Shown piece by piece: positions 12,101-20,938 of a stretch of DNA of 64,000 nt. The position numbers were made by a program, and so were the translations under genes. Source of the stretch: a virus; IMG/VR virus record IMGVR_UViG_3300020248_000002; one strand, given 5' to 3'. The first letter of the stretch is position 1. Every line of letters starts with the position of its first letter. The notes below the pieces were generated by a model. That model had not been told where the DNA came from, searched no databases, and saw only the letters and a program-made list of their open reading frames with translations.

Positions 12101-13335
12101 CAGTACAACTTAGCGGTGTTAAGTCTGAAGTCCCACCAACATTATTAGATTCTGCATATCATACAAATGGTATTACAGCAAGTGATGGTGTAACAGGTTC
12201 ATTCCAATTACACGTTATAGATGGTAGTGCATTCCATACTATTATTAATGGTGCTGTAGTAAGTACATCTAACAAAGGATTTATTCTTATTCGTGATCCA
12301 GAAATTCCTACTCAGCATTTTGAGATTATTGAATATACTGGTATTTCTGGTGACGGTAAGATCTTTACTTTACCATCTGGTTCTCGTGGACAAGCAGGAA
12401 CTGCTGCATTAGCACATAGTGCTAATAGTATTGTTGAATGTTATAACCTTGATGGTATTCCATTAACGGAAGTTAATAAATTACACACTGCTATTGGTGA
12501 ACCTACTCTTGATACATATAAACTTGCGGTTACATCTGTTTCTACAGCAGGAATTGTAAGTGGTGGACACGAGATAGTTGCTACACAAAACATACAGTTT
12601 GATCAGGTTTATCCTCAAATTCAATCTACTGTATATCCAGAAACTGAAGTTGTACCTAGACTTAATGCAGTATCTGGTACATCAATCCAAGATGGTAATA
12701 ATGTTACTGAAGCATCATTTATTAATGATGGCATCTACTACGATATGATTGCTAATGAAGATAATTATCTTGATAAACCTAAGTTAGTTTGTTCACAAGT
12801 AAATGAAGATGCTAAACTTTCTGGTTCTAAGTCATTGAACGTTCAAATGGTAATGACAACATTCAATGCTAATATTTCACCTGTAATTGATACAGATCGT
12901 TGTTCTTTAATTACAACTATGAACAGGGTTAATGACCTTGCGATTGGTAGTAATGATGCAGAGAAACCTACTGGTGATCTTGATACAGCGGTTTATGTAA
13001 CTAAAGTGATGAACCTACTGAATCCTGCTAACTCATTGAAAGTTAGGTTTGAAGGATGGAGACATCCTAGCACAGAAATTAAGGTTATGTATAAGATTCT
13101 CCCTGTTGGAACATCAATCCCAATGAGTGAAATAGGATATACATACTTTAATGGTAATGGTCTTGAAGATAAATCAATCCAAAAGACTGAGAGTCTTCTT
13201 TACAGAGACTTTGAGTACACCTTTGAGGGAACTGAATTTACCATAGCACAGGTTAAAATTATTCTTACTTCGTCTAACCAGTGCTTTGTACCACAAGTTA
13301 AAAACCTTAGAGTCCTTGCATTAAGCGATTTATAA
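6142..13335 (+). CDS. VrlC-like (DUF4815) large virion structural protein
   Basis: N-terminal PYYDDF..YKVLFRPGYPIQARELTTLQ; APGAHR, GKAYVRGFEI, FKNGFLVDNF and DPLAQSF motifs. Confidence 0.85.
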   Translation: MPQNTNLNISPYYDDFSSDNNFYKVLFRPGYPIQARELTTLQSLMQNQVESMGTHMFKDGAMVIPGQIGYDLDAKAVLLQASFLGTNVELYRSQLEGRIVTGLTTGIKAKVIFSISATESERGYITLYLKYITSGGTDSNTRTFTANEQLVCDAELTFGSTLIEVGTPFAQLLPTTATAVGSTATVANGVYFIRGYFVDVNEQTIILDQYTNNPSYRVGLEIFESIVTPEDDPSLNDNATGTSNYSAPGAHRFRIRCSLTKKVIDDDTDKNFVELLRINNANVESFVDRTPYNEIARELARRTFDESGDYTVRAFDLRVREHQNDGENNGVYLPGSTSRGNVASSPAYYALEVSPGKAYVRGFEIETLAPTFVDIAKPRETKALQNSIIPFELGNYMLMNNVKGSPIINGNNISSNYQVLEFRDTAPGGSLTASGEVIAYARCAAYEYHNGTTVTSSSTVFKTYIFDIQPLTTVQMSQAVTAGQGAVIRGRTSRAKAFVVDAVSGQTLFKVYQVFGTFRAGEVIEKDGVEIGTMDANFAFQITDAKGVTGKDPDTNAIIFAGDLVLDNETTISGVNFNINNTTITGTSSNFALDLRPGDVLTPNGTDTYTIDRIYPIGGGTITSPITNSLTAAGTASGLSNGDYSFMVRRRAQVYDKETADLLIEMPKDSIKSITDESAIVARTFDDITVTGSNDFTISLPADEQFLAYDKDHYALVELAPTAGTLIDIEPNLTFNSTGTPRTSLTVSGLTGITSCRLITSVSKNQAEKKLKNATEMEVMKIEKTNISSDAPKYGLAYGSLYGTRIEDEEISLGSSDVYKVHAVYESLDDNSAKVPFITMQDATIFQKGTIIEGVTSKAKARVVNFNSVSYVCHFVYENDKFFQLGESVTGFNANNVVITGIINDADGSIDDGSKNITSSFFLDTNQQGHYYDISKLVRFAQSTKPLRKLKVVFNRFVHEATGDYFAAESYVGVDYDDIPAFHQDGVSKQLRDVLDFRPGVTPVLSGSGTVGSPYFVNCASLDFKDRSFASGGVSNNATIIDIPKPESDFRCDYDFYLGRVDKVFLTDQQEFKVVTGISGEQQEIPANIDNAMLLATMFHKPYGYSPADVSIARENNRRFTMRDIGAIEKRVDQLEYYTSLNMLELETNTLPIKDSDGFDKFKNGFLVDNFTSFDSADTTHEDFGVSLDFQEGVLRPSHYTTNVSLEFSTTQSTGVTLHETGTVTRPYTETRFIVQPYASRVENVNPFNVFAYIGRLDLFPSSDDWVDTRRAPDQVVNIEGDFNATLLRLGADANSGFAPTQWNAWRTNWSATTTASNTVFMRGPGIRFITTTTTNTTSSQTRSGLRTRVVPRIDRQSLGDRVIERTIVPFIRSRNIAFKIQRLKPNTRFYSFIDNVDVNFYTSPKLLEVIKNTVEDIRTNDTPFVVGETVVGQTSGCRLKLVDANDGFTDGLSPYDQSELPSSYASTTPYLNIDTRTMSDTVMGSFYGNPLEGEILVGATSGARAVVKPKRMVSNTNGDMEGIMWIPNPAVSTNPRFATGTRVIRMTTSPTDSRVPGEVDSAAQHNYVASGVIETQQQTILAVRNADLVRDTVSQDRTVNTTTTSVRDTGWYDPLAQSFLVESKGGAFLTSIDLYFRTRDERIPVSVQIREMANGYPTTKVLAFSDVTLLPSDINLSENGTIATKFTFPSPVYVTENRDYCAVVLSDSNEYKLWISRMGEDDVTSDRTISEQPYAGVLFKSQNASTWTADQYEDLKFVLYKAQFDTSGSGLAWFNNAELAEGNFGISRLRLDAIETTKPEIKVILADHVANFTIGAEITQTDVSPAPSAIVREVVQGVQGSSNAYLILDDVVGTFREGVASGASYIYRLVSSRSTGTITLTGVAGTFATGTAITNGTGASAMVTDWNAGTGVVTVKSITGTFADGDAITQVINSATTGSGTIGTSGTSFGGDDINDYPSAPISYFNQATEIKVRHANHCMHDGANSVQLSGVKSEVPPTLLDSAYHTNGITASDGVTGSFQLHVIDGSAFHTIINGAVVSTSNKGFILIRDPEIPTQHFEIIEYTGISGDGKIFTLPSGSRGQAGTAALAHSANSIVECYNLDGIPLTEVNKLHTAIGEPTLDTYKLAVTSVSTAGIVSGGHEIVATQNIQFDQVYPQIQSTVYPETEVVPRLNAVSGTSIQDGNNVTEASFINDGIYYDMIANEDNYLDKPKLVCSQVNEDAKLSGSKSLNVQMVMTTFNANISPVIDTDRCSLITTMNRVNDLAIGSNDAEKPTGDLDTAVYVTKVMNLLNPANSLKVRFEGWRHPSTEIKVMYKILPVGTSIPMSEIGYTYFNGNGLEDKSIQKTESLLYRDFEYTFEGTEFTIAQVKIILTSSNQCFVPQVKNLRVLALSDL

Positions 13336-13556
13336 TGAAACCAAGATACCAAGAGGTTAGAGGACACCCTAATTTAGTTCGAGATACCTCTTCTGGTGCT
13401 GTGCTAAATATTAATGCAACTAGCGGTAGTGCAGCAAAAAAACGTAAGAAAAAAGAGAAGGAAGTTTCCGACTTACAAACTGACGTTTCTGTGCTAAAAT
13501 CTGAATTGACCGAGATCAAATCTCTACTAAAATCATTCCTGGAGAAACAACAATGA
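13335..13556 (+). CDS. conserved cyanophage hypothetical protein (coiled-coil)
   Basis: Start overlaps the upstream stop; VRGHPNLVRD..SGAVLN motif. Confidence 0.7.
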   Translation: MKPRYQEVRGHPNLVRDTSSGAVLNINATSGSAAKKRKKKEKEVSDLQTDVSVLKSELTEIKSLLKSFLEKQQ

Positions 13557-13756
13557 CTGTAGACACACCTGAGACAATGGACGAGAAAGAACTTCTCGAC
13601 GATTTTAAAAGCAGGTACACAAAACTACGTGATGAAAACCAACAACTCGTAGCAAAGGTAAAAGAAAATGAGACTCAAATGCTCAAATTACAAGGTGCTA
13701 TTGAGACTCTAGAATACCTAAAAACTAATACGGTAGACGAAGTAATTGCAGAATAA
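13553..13756 (+). CDS. hypothetical coiled-coil protein
   Basis: ATGA overlap with a GGAG Shine-Dalgarno; KLQGAIETLEY motif. Confidence 0.7.
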   Translation: MTVDTPETMDEKELLDDFKSRYTKLRDENQQLVAKVKENETQMLKLQGAIETLEYLKTNTVDEVIAE

Positions 13757-13761
13757 TCGTT

Positions 13762-13787
13762 AGGGACCGTCGGTCCCTTTCTATTTT
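13762..13787 (+). terminator. intrinsic terminator
   Basis: AGGGACC-GTC-GGTCCCT hairpin followed by TTCTATTTT. Confidence 0.7.
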
Positions 13788-13790
13788 GCT

Positions 13791-13798
13791 TATAAATA
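13791..13798 (+). promoter_or_regulatory. late promoter TATAAATA
   Basis: Exact consensus, upstream of the fibre gene. Confidence 0.8.
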
Positions 13799-13828
13799 TC
13801 AAAGAGGCGATAGTGTCCTTAATAAACA

Positions 13829-16800
13829 ATGGCAAATAGACTCCAATTAAGACGTGATGGTGCTCAACAGTGGGCAAACATCAACCCTATACTTGCTCAA
13901 GGTGAACTGGGAATCGAGATCGATACTTCACGTATCAAGATCGGAGACGGTGTTACACCTTGGAACTCTCTGCGTTATGAGAGACCGATAGAAACTGAAT
14001 CAAATGCTGCTAACACTCTTGTTAAACGAGATGCTGACGGTAACTTTGAAGCGGGTGCTATTAGTGCGACTTTAATTGGAAATGCTTCTACTTCTACGAG
14101 ACTTGCATCTGCAAGACAAATTCAGTTAACTGGTTCTATAACTGGATCTGGATCTTTTGACGGTTCGTCAAACTTGAACCTTGCCACAAACTTAGAATTA
14201 GTTACATCTCTTCCACATTATAATCCTAATGATCCTGATGCAACTGCTCTATATTCTAGAGTTCAAGTTGACTCAAGAGGTAGGGTTGTTGGTGCTAGTT
14301 TGGCATCTACTCTTGCAGAGTATGGTATTACTGACGCACAAGGATTAGATAGTGACTTAACAGCATTAGCAAACTTAACTACCTTTGGTTTATTAACTAG
14401 AACTGCTACAGGACAGATTACAACTAGAAACCTAACTGGTGGTGCAGGTAGAGTTATATTTACTACACCTGATGGTGTAGCATCCAACCCATTTATTGAC
14501 CTTGCTGATACTGCGGTTGTTGTGGGTTCATATAACGTTGAATCATTAACATCTGTATCTACTAACGGTGCTAATGGTGAACCATTCGGAACAGAAACTG
14601 TAAACGCATCTAAGTTTTCCGTTGATAGATATGGAAGAATTACACAAGCAACCAATGTACCGATTGCCACTGCAACTGAAGGTTCAAAGTATGCAACCTA
14701 TAATGCAGGTTCAACATATAATAGATACGATATTATTGAGAATGCAAGCAAAGTATATCAGGCGATAACAAATATTGGTGCAGGACAAGGAGCACCTACT
14801 CATACAAGTGGTGATGTAAGTAATTGGAGATACCTCGCTGCTGCTGCTACAGAACAAAAAGGTTTAGCATCATTTGCTCAAGAAGATTTTGATGTAGATG
14901 CAAATGGTCACGTTACTATTGCACCACTTGCAGTTGATAACACTCAGATGCAAAACACTAGAGTGGGATTTGCTGATGGTAATAATATAGAAACTTTTGA
15001 GTTAGATCAAGAATTAACAGCGACAACTGGATATAGAGGATTTAATTATCTTAATTATGTTACTGTAAATGATACCAGTGGAAACTTATTATTTACTGCT
15101 AACAATGTAGATAATACTGGTGCAGGTGGAGTAGACATTAACGTTGATACTCATATTAGTGGTGCACTTATAAAACTTGACAGACCTGGAAACACACCTC
15201 TACAAACAATAGAACGTTCAGCAGGTTCTCTTTTAATTCATCATAACGTAAACTCTTCTGTAAATAGAACTCTTGACATTACCTCAAATAATGCAGGATC
15301 AGGAACAGCAAAGATAAACGTAACATCAGATGATGGTATTGTTATCACAGCAACTAATGTTGCTTCAAAAGTTCAAGTAGAAGATTTCTACTTACAGCAG
15401 AATACTATCGGAACCAGTGATGCCACTATGGTATTAGATCCAGGTGACGATGATGCTGCAACAGGTTTAGTACAAGTACGTGGTAATCTACAAGTAGACG
15501 GAACTACAACCACAGTAAATAGTACAACAATATCGGTAGATGACCCCATCATTACTCTTGGTGGAGACACTGCCCCCGTTGCTGACGATAATAAAGATCG
15601 TGGTGTTGAGATTAAATACTACGATAGTCAGGCACGTGTTGGATTCTTTGGTTGGGATGAAGACTATACTAATGCAAATATCTGGACAGGCACAGGTGGG
15701 TATAGATTCCTTTATAATGCAACTAATACTTCAGAAGTATTTTCTGGAACTGATGCTCCTTTAATAGCAGGTAACTTAGCACTTACAACTAATACAGGTT
15801 CTACATCAACAACTACAGGTACTTTAGTAGTAACTGGTGGTTTCGGACTTTCCGAGAACGCACATATTGGTGGAACTGTTACTATTGCAGGTCAATCAGA
15901 AATCAACAATAATGTAATTATCAAAGCAGATAATAAAGAGTTTGCAATACAAACTGCTGCGGGTGTAGATAAGTTTACTGTTGATACTGATAATGGCAAT
16001 ACTATTATTGAAGGTACATTAGATGTTCAGTTAGAAACTGAGATCACAGACAATCTAATTGTTACTGCCGATGCAAAAGAATTCAAAATACGCACTGCTA
16101 GTAATGTTGATAAGTTTACGGTTGACACTGATAACGGTAATACAGTTATCGAAGGAACACTCAACACGAAACAAGCAGTAGACTTTGATCAAACTCTAAA
16201 TGTAGATGGTGACGTTACTCTTAATGCAACACTTGATGTTGATGACGATGTAACTCTTCATAATGACTTCTTAATGGATACTACTGGTAAGACATTTACT
16301 CTTACTAATGGTAGTACACAAAAATTTCAAATCAGTACCACAAATGGTAATACAGATATAGAAGGAACTCTAAATTTAGGTAACTTCTTCCATCACGAGG
16401 ATACTGACACACCAACTATAGGTACTAATGCTCAAGACGATTTCATCATATCTAGTGGAGATTACGGGTCTTTCCGTTTTGATGGTGGTGGTTACATTGA
16501 AGGTGACACTCTGTTTAACTCAGATCTATACATTAATGGTGCTATTAACCAAAAAGACTTAGGAACAACAGAAACATTCAGTACACAAAACTACTTACGT
16601 GTAAGATATAAATTACGTGCAGGATCAACAGTTGCTTATACACCTTCATACGCTACAGATAATAATTCAAACTTAAGAGTTTATGGTGGTGCAGGTATCG
16701 CTACTGACCTTCATATTGGTGATGACCTCTATATCGGTAAACTTAACTCTGGAGATACAACAGAATTTACAGTTCTTGGAGAATCTGGTAATACAACAAT

Positions 16801-19800
16801 AGGTAGAACTGGACAAGGTTCAGCAACAGCAGGAACACTTACCGTCCACGGAGATGTTACTTTAAATAGAGACGTTACTTTAAATGGTGCACAGAATACC
16901 ATTGGTGACGCATCTGGTGACGCATTAACAGTAAATGCTACTACTCAATTCACAGCCCCAGTTACCCTGAGTTCAGGACAAGATCTTAATGTTGGTGGTA
17001 ATGCCATAGTTGATGGTAACTTAACAGTTCACGGTAGCACAACTACAGTAAACAGTACTACTATTACTGTGGACGATCCTATCATTACATTAGGTGGTGA
17101 TACTGCTCCTGGTTCTGATGACGCAAAAGATCGTGGTGTAGAGTTCCGATATTACGATTCATCTGCTAAAATAGGATTCTTCGGGTGGGACGATTCAGCA
17201 CTTAGGTTTGCTTTCTATCACAATGCAACTAATAGTTCTGAAGTATTTACTGGTACTAGATCTGGTTTAGACGCAGGTTCCATCAAATTATTTGATACTA
17301 CAAATGCAACGAATTCTTCTACAGGTGCTCTCATTGTTGGTGGTGGTGCGGGTATTGGACTTGATCTATATGTCGGTGACGACCTCACAGTCAATGACGA
17401 TGGATCGTTTGGTGGAAATGTCAGCATTGATGGCACGCTCGATGTAACAAATGACTTTAGAGTCAACACAAATAAATTTACAGTTGCTAATGCTACAGGT
17501 AATACATTAGTTGCAGGAACATTTAGAGCAGACGGAGTATCTACTTTAAATTCATCTGTAAATATTGTTGGAGCAAGTTCTAATCTAAGCGTTGGTGGTA
17601 CTTTGGGTGTCACAAGCAATACAACCCTCTCAGGGACGCTTGGAGTGACGTTAGGAACGACATTAGGTAATACCTTGGATGTATCAGGTGCTACCAATGT
17701 TACTAATACTTTAGGTGTAACTGGAGTAACAACTCTTACAAATGCTACTAATGCAACTCTTGGTGGAACTTGGTCATCTAGTGGTGCGTTAAGAGTATCC
17801 GCAGGTGGTGCAACTATCTCAGGTAATACTGGTATTGGTGGAAACTTAAAGGTATATACAAACAGTACATTAGATGGAACTCTTGGTGTTGGTGGTATCG
17901 TAACATTCGATGAGAAACTAAGAGCAAATTCTACTGCACAGGCAACCGCTGCAAACAATAACGGTGCTGCAATATTTACAGCAGGTGGTTTAGCAGTTAC
18001 TAAGAAGGCATATATTGGAGATGACTTTGATATTGGTGGAGGTAACTTTACTGTAGACGGACCTACAGGTAACACAGTTGTTGGTGGAACACTTGATGTA
18101 ACAGGTGGAACAACAACTATATCCTCACTGATTGCTACTTCTACAGCAAACTTACAGTCAACCTTAAACGTTGGTGGTTCATTTAACATCAACACTAATA
18201 AATTTAACGTTGCAGGTCCAAGTGGTAATACTGATATTGCAGGTACACTTGATGTAGTAGGTGGAGTTGACTTAGATTCAACTTTAAATGTAGATGGTAA
18301 CGCAGACTTTAATTCTGGTATAGATGTAACATCAGGTAATGCTACATTCGCAGGTCTTGTACAAGCAAATAACGTAACAGATTCTTCTGCATATAATGAC
18401 TCTGCTGCTTCTGTACATACAGATGGTGGTTTATCAGTTAAGAAGAAAGCATTTGTTGGTGATGATTTATCAGTAGGTGGAGCAGCAGGAGTTAAATTTA
18501 TTGTTGATGGACCTACAGGTAACACTGATATTACTGGAACTCTTAATGTTCAAGATGGTGTAACTTTACAAAGCACACTTGGAGTTACAGGTCAGATTAC
18601 TGGTAACGTAACAGGTGACTTGACTGGTAATGCTGATACTGCATCTCTAGTTGATGTAACAAATACCACAGGTTCTAACCTTACATTCTTCCCAACATTT
18701 GTTTCTGCTACAACTGGAAACACTGAAATAAGAACTGACTCAGATAACTTTAAATATGTTCCTAGTACAAACACTTTATCTGTAAGTAACTTTGTTTGTT
18801 CTACAAACTTTGAGATTCAAGGTAACTTAAACATCACTGGAACTATCACGTTCCAACAGTCACAGGTTGGTAGTATTGCTAACCACGACACAGATGCTCT
18901 TACTGAAGGATCTACAAACCTATATTTCACTGATGAGAGAGTTGATGATCGTGTTGCTGCATTGATCACAGGTGGTACTGGTATTTCTGCTACTTACGAT
19001 GATGCAGGTAACTTACTAACTCTATCTGCTGACTTTGGTGAGTTTGACACAGATAGTATTGTAGAAGGATCTACAAATTTATTTACGACTGCTGCTAGAA
19101 CAAGAACTCACTTTACATATGGAACTGGTATTGAACTAAGTGGAGCAGGTCAATTATCTGTAACACAGGCAGATATTAATACTGATAATGTAACTGAAGG
19201 ATCAACTAACCTATTCACTACTGCTGCCAGAACAAGATCACACTTTACATATGGCACAGGAATTACACACGATGGTTCTGGTGGTTTATCTGTTACTCAG
19301 GCAGACATCAATACTGATAATATTACTGAGGGTTCAACAAATATATTCTATACCAATGCTAGGTTTGATACCCAGTTAGCAACTAAGGATACAGATGATA
19401 TATCTGAAGGATCTAACCAGTACTTCACAACTGCACGTGCTCGTCAATCAATTCAAGCAACACAAAACATCACCTACAATAGTAGCACTGGTGTTATTAC
19501 TGGACCTTCTCTTGCTACTGTTGCAGGAACTGGTGCTTATAGTGATTTGACTGGAACTCCATCTCTTGCTACTGTTGCAACATCTGGTGCTTACAGTGAC
19601 TTGAGTGGTACACCATCACTAGCAACTGTTGCTACATCAGGTGCTTACAGTGACTTGAGTGGACTACCTTCATTATTCTCTGGTAATTATAATGACTTAA
19701 GCAACAAACCTACATTAGGTACTGCTGCTGCAACTGCCTCATCTGATTATGCTACTGCTGCACAAGGTGTTAAAGCAGACTCTGCGTTACAGGCAGAAAC

Positions 19801-19882
19801 GATTGATCTTGCAACTCTTAAGACAACCGTTGCAAACTCAGCAACATTTGCTGCATTTAAAATAGCAATCGCTGCATTATGA
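13829..19882 (+). CDS. long tail fibre / fibre protein
   Basis: Mtd_N/hyaluronidase-like N-terminus (LQLRRD..W...NPILAQGELGIEIDT.RIKIGDG..WNSL); long G/T/N-rich repeats; located upstream of gp13. Confidence 0.8.
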   Translation: MANRLQLRRDGAQQWANINPILAQGELGIEIDTSRIKIGDGVTPWNSLRYERPIETESNAANTLVKRDADGNFEAGAISATLIGNASTSTRLASARQIQLTGSITGSGSFDGSSNLNLATNLELVTSLPHYNPNDPDATALYSRVQVDSRGRVVGASLASTLAEYGITDAQGLDSDLTALANLTTFGLLTRTATGQITTRNLTGGAGRVIFTTPDGVASNPFIDLADTAVVVGSYNVESLTSVSTNGANGEPFGTETVNASKFSVDRYGRITQATNVPIATATEGSKYATYNAGSTYNRYDIIENASKVYQAITNIGAGQGAPTHTSGDVSNWRYLAAAATEQKGLASFAQEDFDVDANGHVTIAPLAVDNTQMQNTRVGFADGNNIETFELDQELTATTGYRGFNYLNYVTVNDTSGNLLFTANNVDNTGAGGVDINVDTHISGALIKLDRPGNTPLQTIERSAGSLLIHHNVNSSVNRTLDITSNNAGSGTAKINVTSDDGIVITATNVASKVQVEDFYLQQNTIGTSDATMVLDPGDDDAATGLVQVRGNLQVDGTTTTVNSTTISVDDPIITLGGDTAPVADDNKDRGVEIKYYDSQARVGFFGWDEDYTNANIWTGTGGYRFLYNATNTSEVFSGTDAPLIAGNLALTTNTGSTSTTTGTLVVTGGFGLSENAHIGGTVTIAGQSEINNNVIIKADNKEFAIQTAAGVDKFTVDTDNGNTIIEGTLDVQLETEITDNLIVTADAKEFKIRTASNVDKFTVDTDNGNTVIEGTLNTKQAVDFDQTLNVDGDVTLNATLDVDDDVTLHNDFLMDTTGKTFTLTNGSTQKFQISTTNGNTDIEGTLNLGNFFHHEDTDTPTIGTNAQDDFIISSGDYGSFRFDGGGYIEGDTLFNSDLYINGAINQKDLGTTETFSTQNYLRVRYKLRAGSTVAYTPSYATDNNSNLRVYGGAGIATDLHIGDDLYIGKLNSGDTTEFTVLGESGNTTIGRTGQGSATAGTLTVHGDVTLNRDVTLNGAQNTIGDASGDALTVNATTQFTAPVTLSSGQDLNVGGNAIVDGNLTVHGSTTTVNSTTITVDDPIITLGGDTAPGSDDAKDRGVEFRYYDSSAKIGFFGWDDSALRFAFYHNATNSSEVFTGTRSGLDAGSIKLFDTTNATNSSTGALIVGGGAGIGLDLYVGDDLTVNDDGSFGGNVSIDGTLDVTNDFRVNTNKFTVANATGNTLVAGTFRADGVSTLNSSVNIVGASSNLSVGGTLGVTSNTTLSGTLGVTLGTTLGNTLDVSGATNVTNTLGVTGVTTLTNATNATLGGTWSSSGALRVSAGGATISGNTGIGGNLKVYTNSTLDGTLGVGGIVTFDEKLRANSTAQATAANNNGAAIFTAGGLAVTKKAYIGDDFDIGGGNFTVDGPTGNTVVGGTLDVTGGTTTISSLIATSTANLQSTLNVGGSFNINTNKFNVAGPSGNTDIAGTLDVVGGVDLDSTLNVDGNADFNSGIDVTSGNATFAGLVQANNVTDSSAYNDSAASVHTDGGLSVKKKAFVGDDLSVGGAAGVKFIVDGPTGNTDITGTLNVQDGVTLQSTLGVTGQITGNVTGDLTGNADTASLVDVTNTTGSNLTFFPTFVSATTGNTEIRTDSDNFKYVPSTNTLSVSNFVCSTNFEIQGNLNITGTITFQQSQVGSIANHDTDALTEGSTNLYFTDERVDDRVAALITGGTGISATYDDAGNLLTLSADFGEFDTDSIVEGSTNLFTTAARTRTHFTYGTGIELSGAGQLSVTQADINTDNVTEGSTNLFTTAARTRSHFTYGTGITHDGSGGLSVTQADINTDNITEGSTNIFYTNARFDTQLATKDTDDISEGSNQYFTTARARQSIQATQNITYNSSTGVITGPSLATVAGTGAYSDLTGTPSLATVATSGAYSDLSGTPSLATVATSGAYSDLSGLPSLFSGNYNDLSNKPTLGTAAATASSDYATAAQGVKADSALQAETIDLATLKTTVANSATFAAFKIAIAAL
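18887..19445 (+). repeat. five intragenic TDxxxEGSxNxxxTxxR repeats in the fibre
   Basis: DTDALTEGSTNLYF, DTDSIVEGSTNLFT, NTDNVTEGSTNLFT, NTDNITEGSTNIFY, DTDDISEGSNQYF. Confidence 0.8.
19505..19670 (+). repeat. three tandem 54-bp (18-aa) repeats PSLATVAxxGAYSDLxGx
   Basis: Directly visible in both DNA and translation. Confidence 0.85.
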
Positions 19883-20142
19883 TTTTCTTCTCTTTTATCA
19901 TTTCATTATTTGCAAATCACTTACCAGTGATGTATGTGCAAGTACCTCAGTGGGCAGACGATTGGGCAGTGTGTGCTGTTGATATACCTGACGCTAAATG
20001 TCATTGGTATGTTATGGCACCCGACAATACTTTTGGTGAAGGATTTGACTGGGAGACTGCTCCTTGGTTCGATGCTAATGGATTAAATGATGTCGCTCCT
20101 ATGCAAAAGGAGACTGTAATGGTTAAGTTACAAAACAACTAA
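19879..20142 (+). CDS. conserved hypothetical protein (Trp-rich, N-terminal hydrophobic segment)
   Basis: ATGA overlap; VQVPQWADDWAVC...PDNTFGEGFDWE motif. Confidence 0.65.
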   Translation: MIFFSFIISLFANHLPVMYVQVPQWADDWAVCAVDIPDAKCHWYVMAPDNTFGEGFDWETAPWFDANGLNDVAPMQKETVMVKLQNN

Positions 20143-20143
20143 T

Positions 20144-20938
20144 ATGGCAACTCCAACCTCTAAAGCAACACTAAAAGAATACGCACTTCGCAGATTAGGT
20201 AAACCTGTATTAGAAGTCAACGTTTCTGATGATCAAATAGATGATGCTATCGATTACACTATCGAGAAGTTTCACATTTATCATTACGGTGGTTCAGAAA
20301 AAGTTTACCTAAAGCATCAAATGACTGCTGCTGAAGTCGCTGCATTTCAAGCAGACACTACAGAAACTGTAGGTAGTACAGAATTTAAGACGCAAAATAA
20401 TTTTTTAACTTTACCTGATTTTATAACGTCTGTTAATGGTATCTTTACTTTCCAAGACAAAGGTACTGCAAATATGTTTGACATTCGTTATCAGTTAAGA
20501 TTGAATGATCTGTTTGATTTTACATCAACACAGTTTTATCATTACTATATGATTCAGACACATCTTGAGACAATAAATTTCTTATTAGAAGGAATGAAAC
20601 CTACAAGATTTACTCATACATCTGGTCGTTTATATATTGACTTTGACACTAATACTGATGTTCGTGAAGGTGAGTATATTGTTATTGATTGTGTTCGTGC
20701 ATTAGATCCAGTTAACTTTACAAAAATCTATAATGAGATGTGGGTTAAGGATTATGCTACATCTTTGATTAAAAAATATTGGGGAACAAATTTAACTAAG
20801 TTCCAAAACGTTCAACTCCCTGGTGGTGTTACTCTAAATGGTGAGAAAATTTATAGTGATGCTGTAGAGGAACTAGAAAAACTAGATGAGCAGTTAAGAA
20901 CCACATATGAAACACCACCTATGGATATGATAGGATAA
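20144..20938 (+). CDS. gp13: neck protein gp13
   Basis: LKEYALRRLGKPVLEVNV..DQIDD; WGTNLTKF..VQLPGGVTLNG. Confidence 0.92.
   Translation: MATPTSKATLKEYALRRLGKPVLEVNVSDDQIDDAIDYTIEKFHIYHYGGSEKVYLKHQMTAAEVAAFQADTTETVGSTEFKTQNNFLTLPDFITSVNGIFTFQDKGTANMFDIRYQLRLNDLFDFTSTQFYHYYMIQTHLETINFLLEGMKPTRFTHTSGRLYIDFDTNTDVREGEYIVIDCVRALDPVNFTKIYNEMWVKDYATSLIKKYWGTNLTKFQNVQLPGGVTLNGEKIYSDAVEELEKLDEQLRTTYETPPMDMIG

Noticed and set aside
13829-14050. Mtd_N-like N-terminus suggesting a diversity-generating retroelement
   Set aside because: No reverse transcriptase and no adenine-specific template/variable repeat pair is visible; this domain is a common fibre anchor.
17218-18525. 435-aa minus-strand ORF, plus similar ones at 1565-2176 and 48882-49487
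   Set aside because: Antisense shadows of strongly codon-biased plus-strand genes; P/V/S/T-rich with no motifs or start signals.
19505-19670. Tandem repeats as a possible CRISPR array
   Set aside because: In-frame coding repeats with synonymous variation and no unique spacers.
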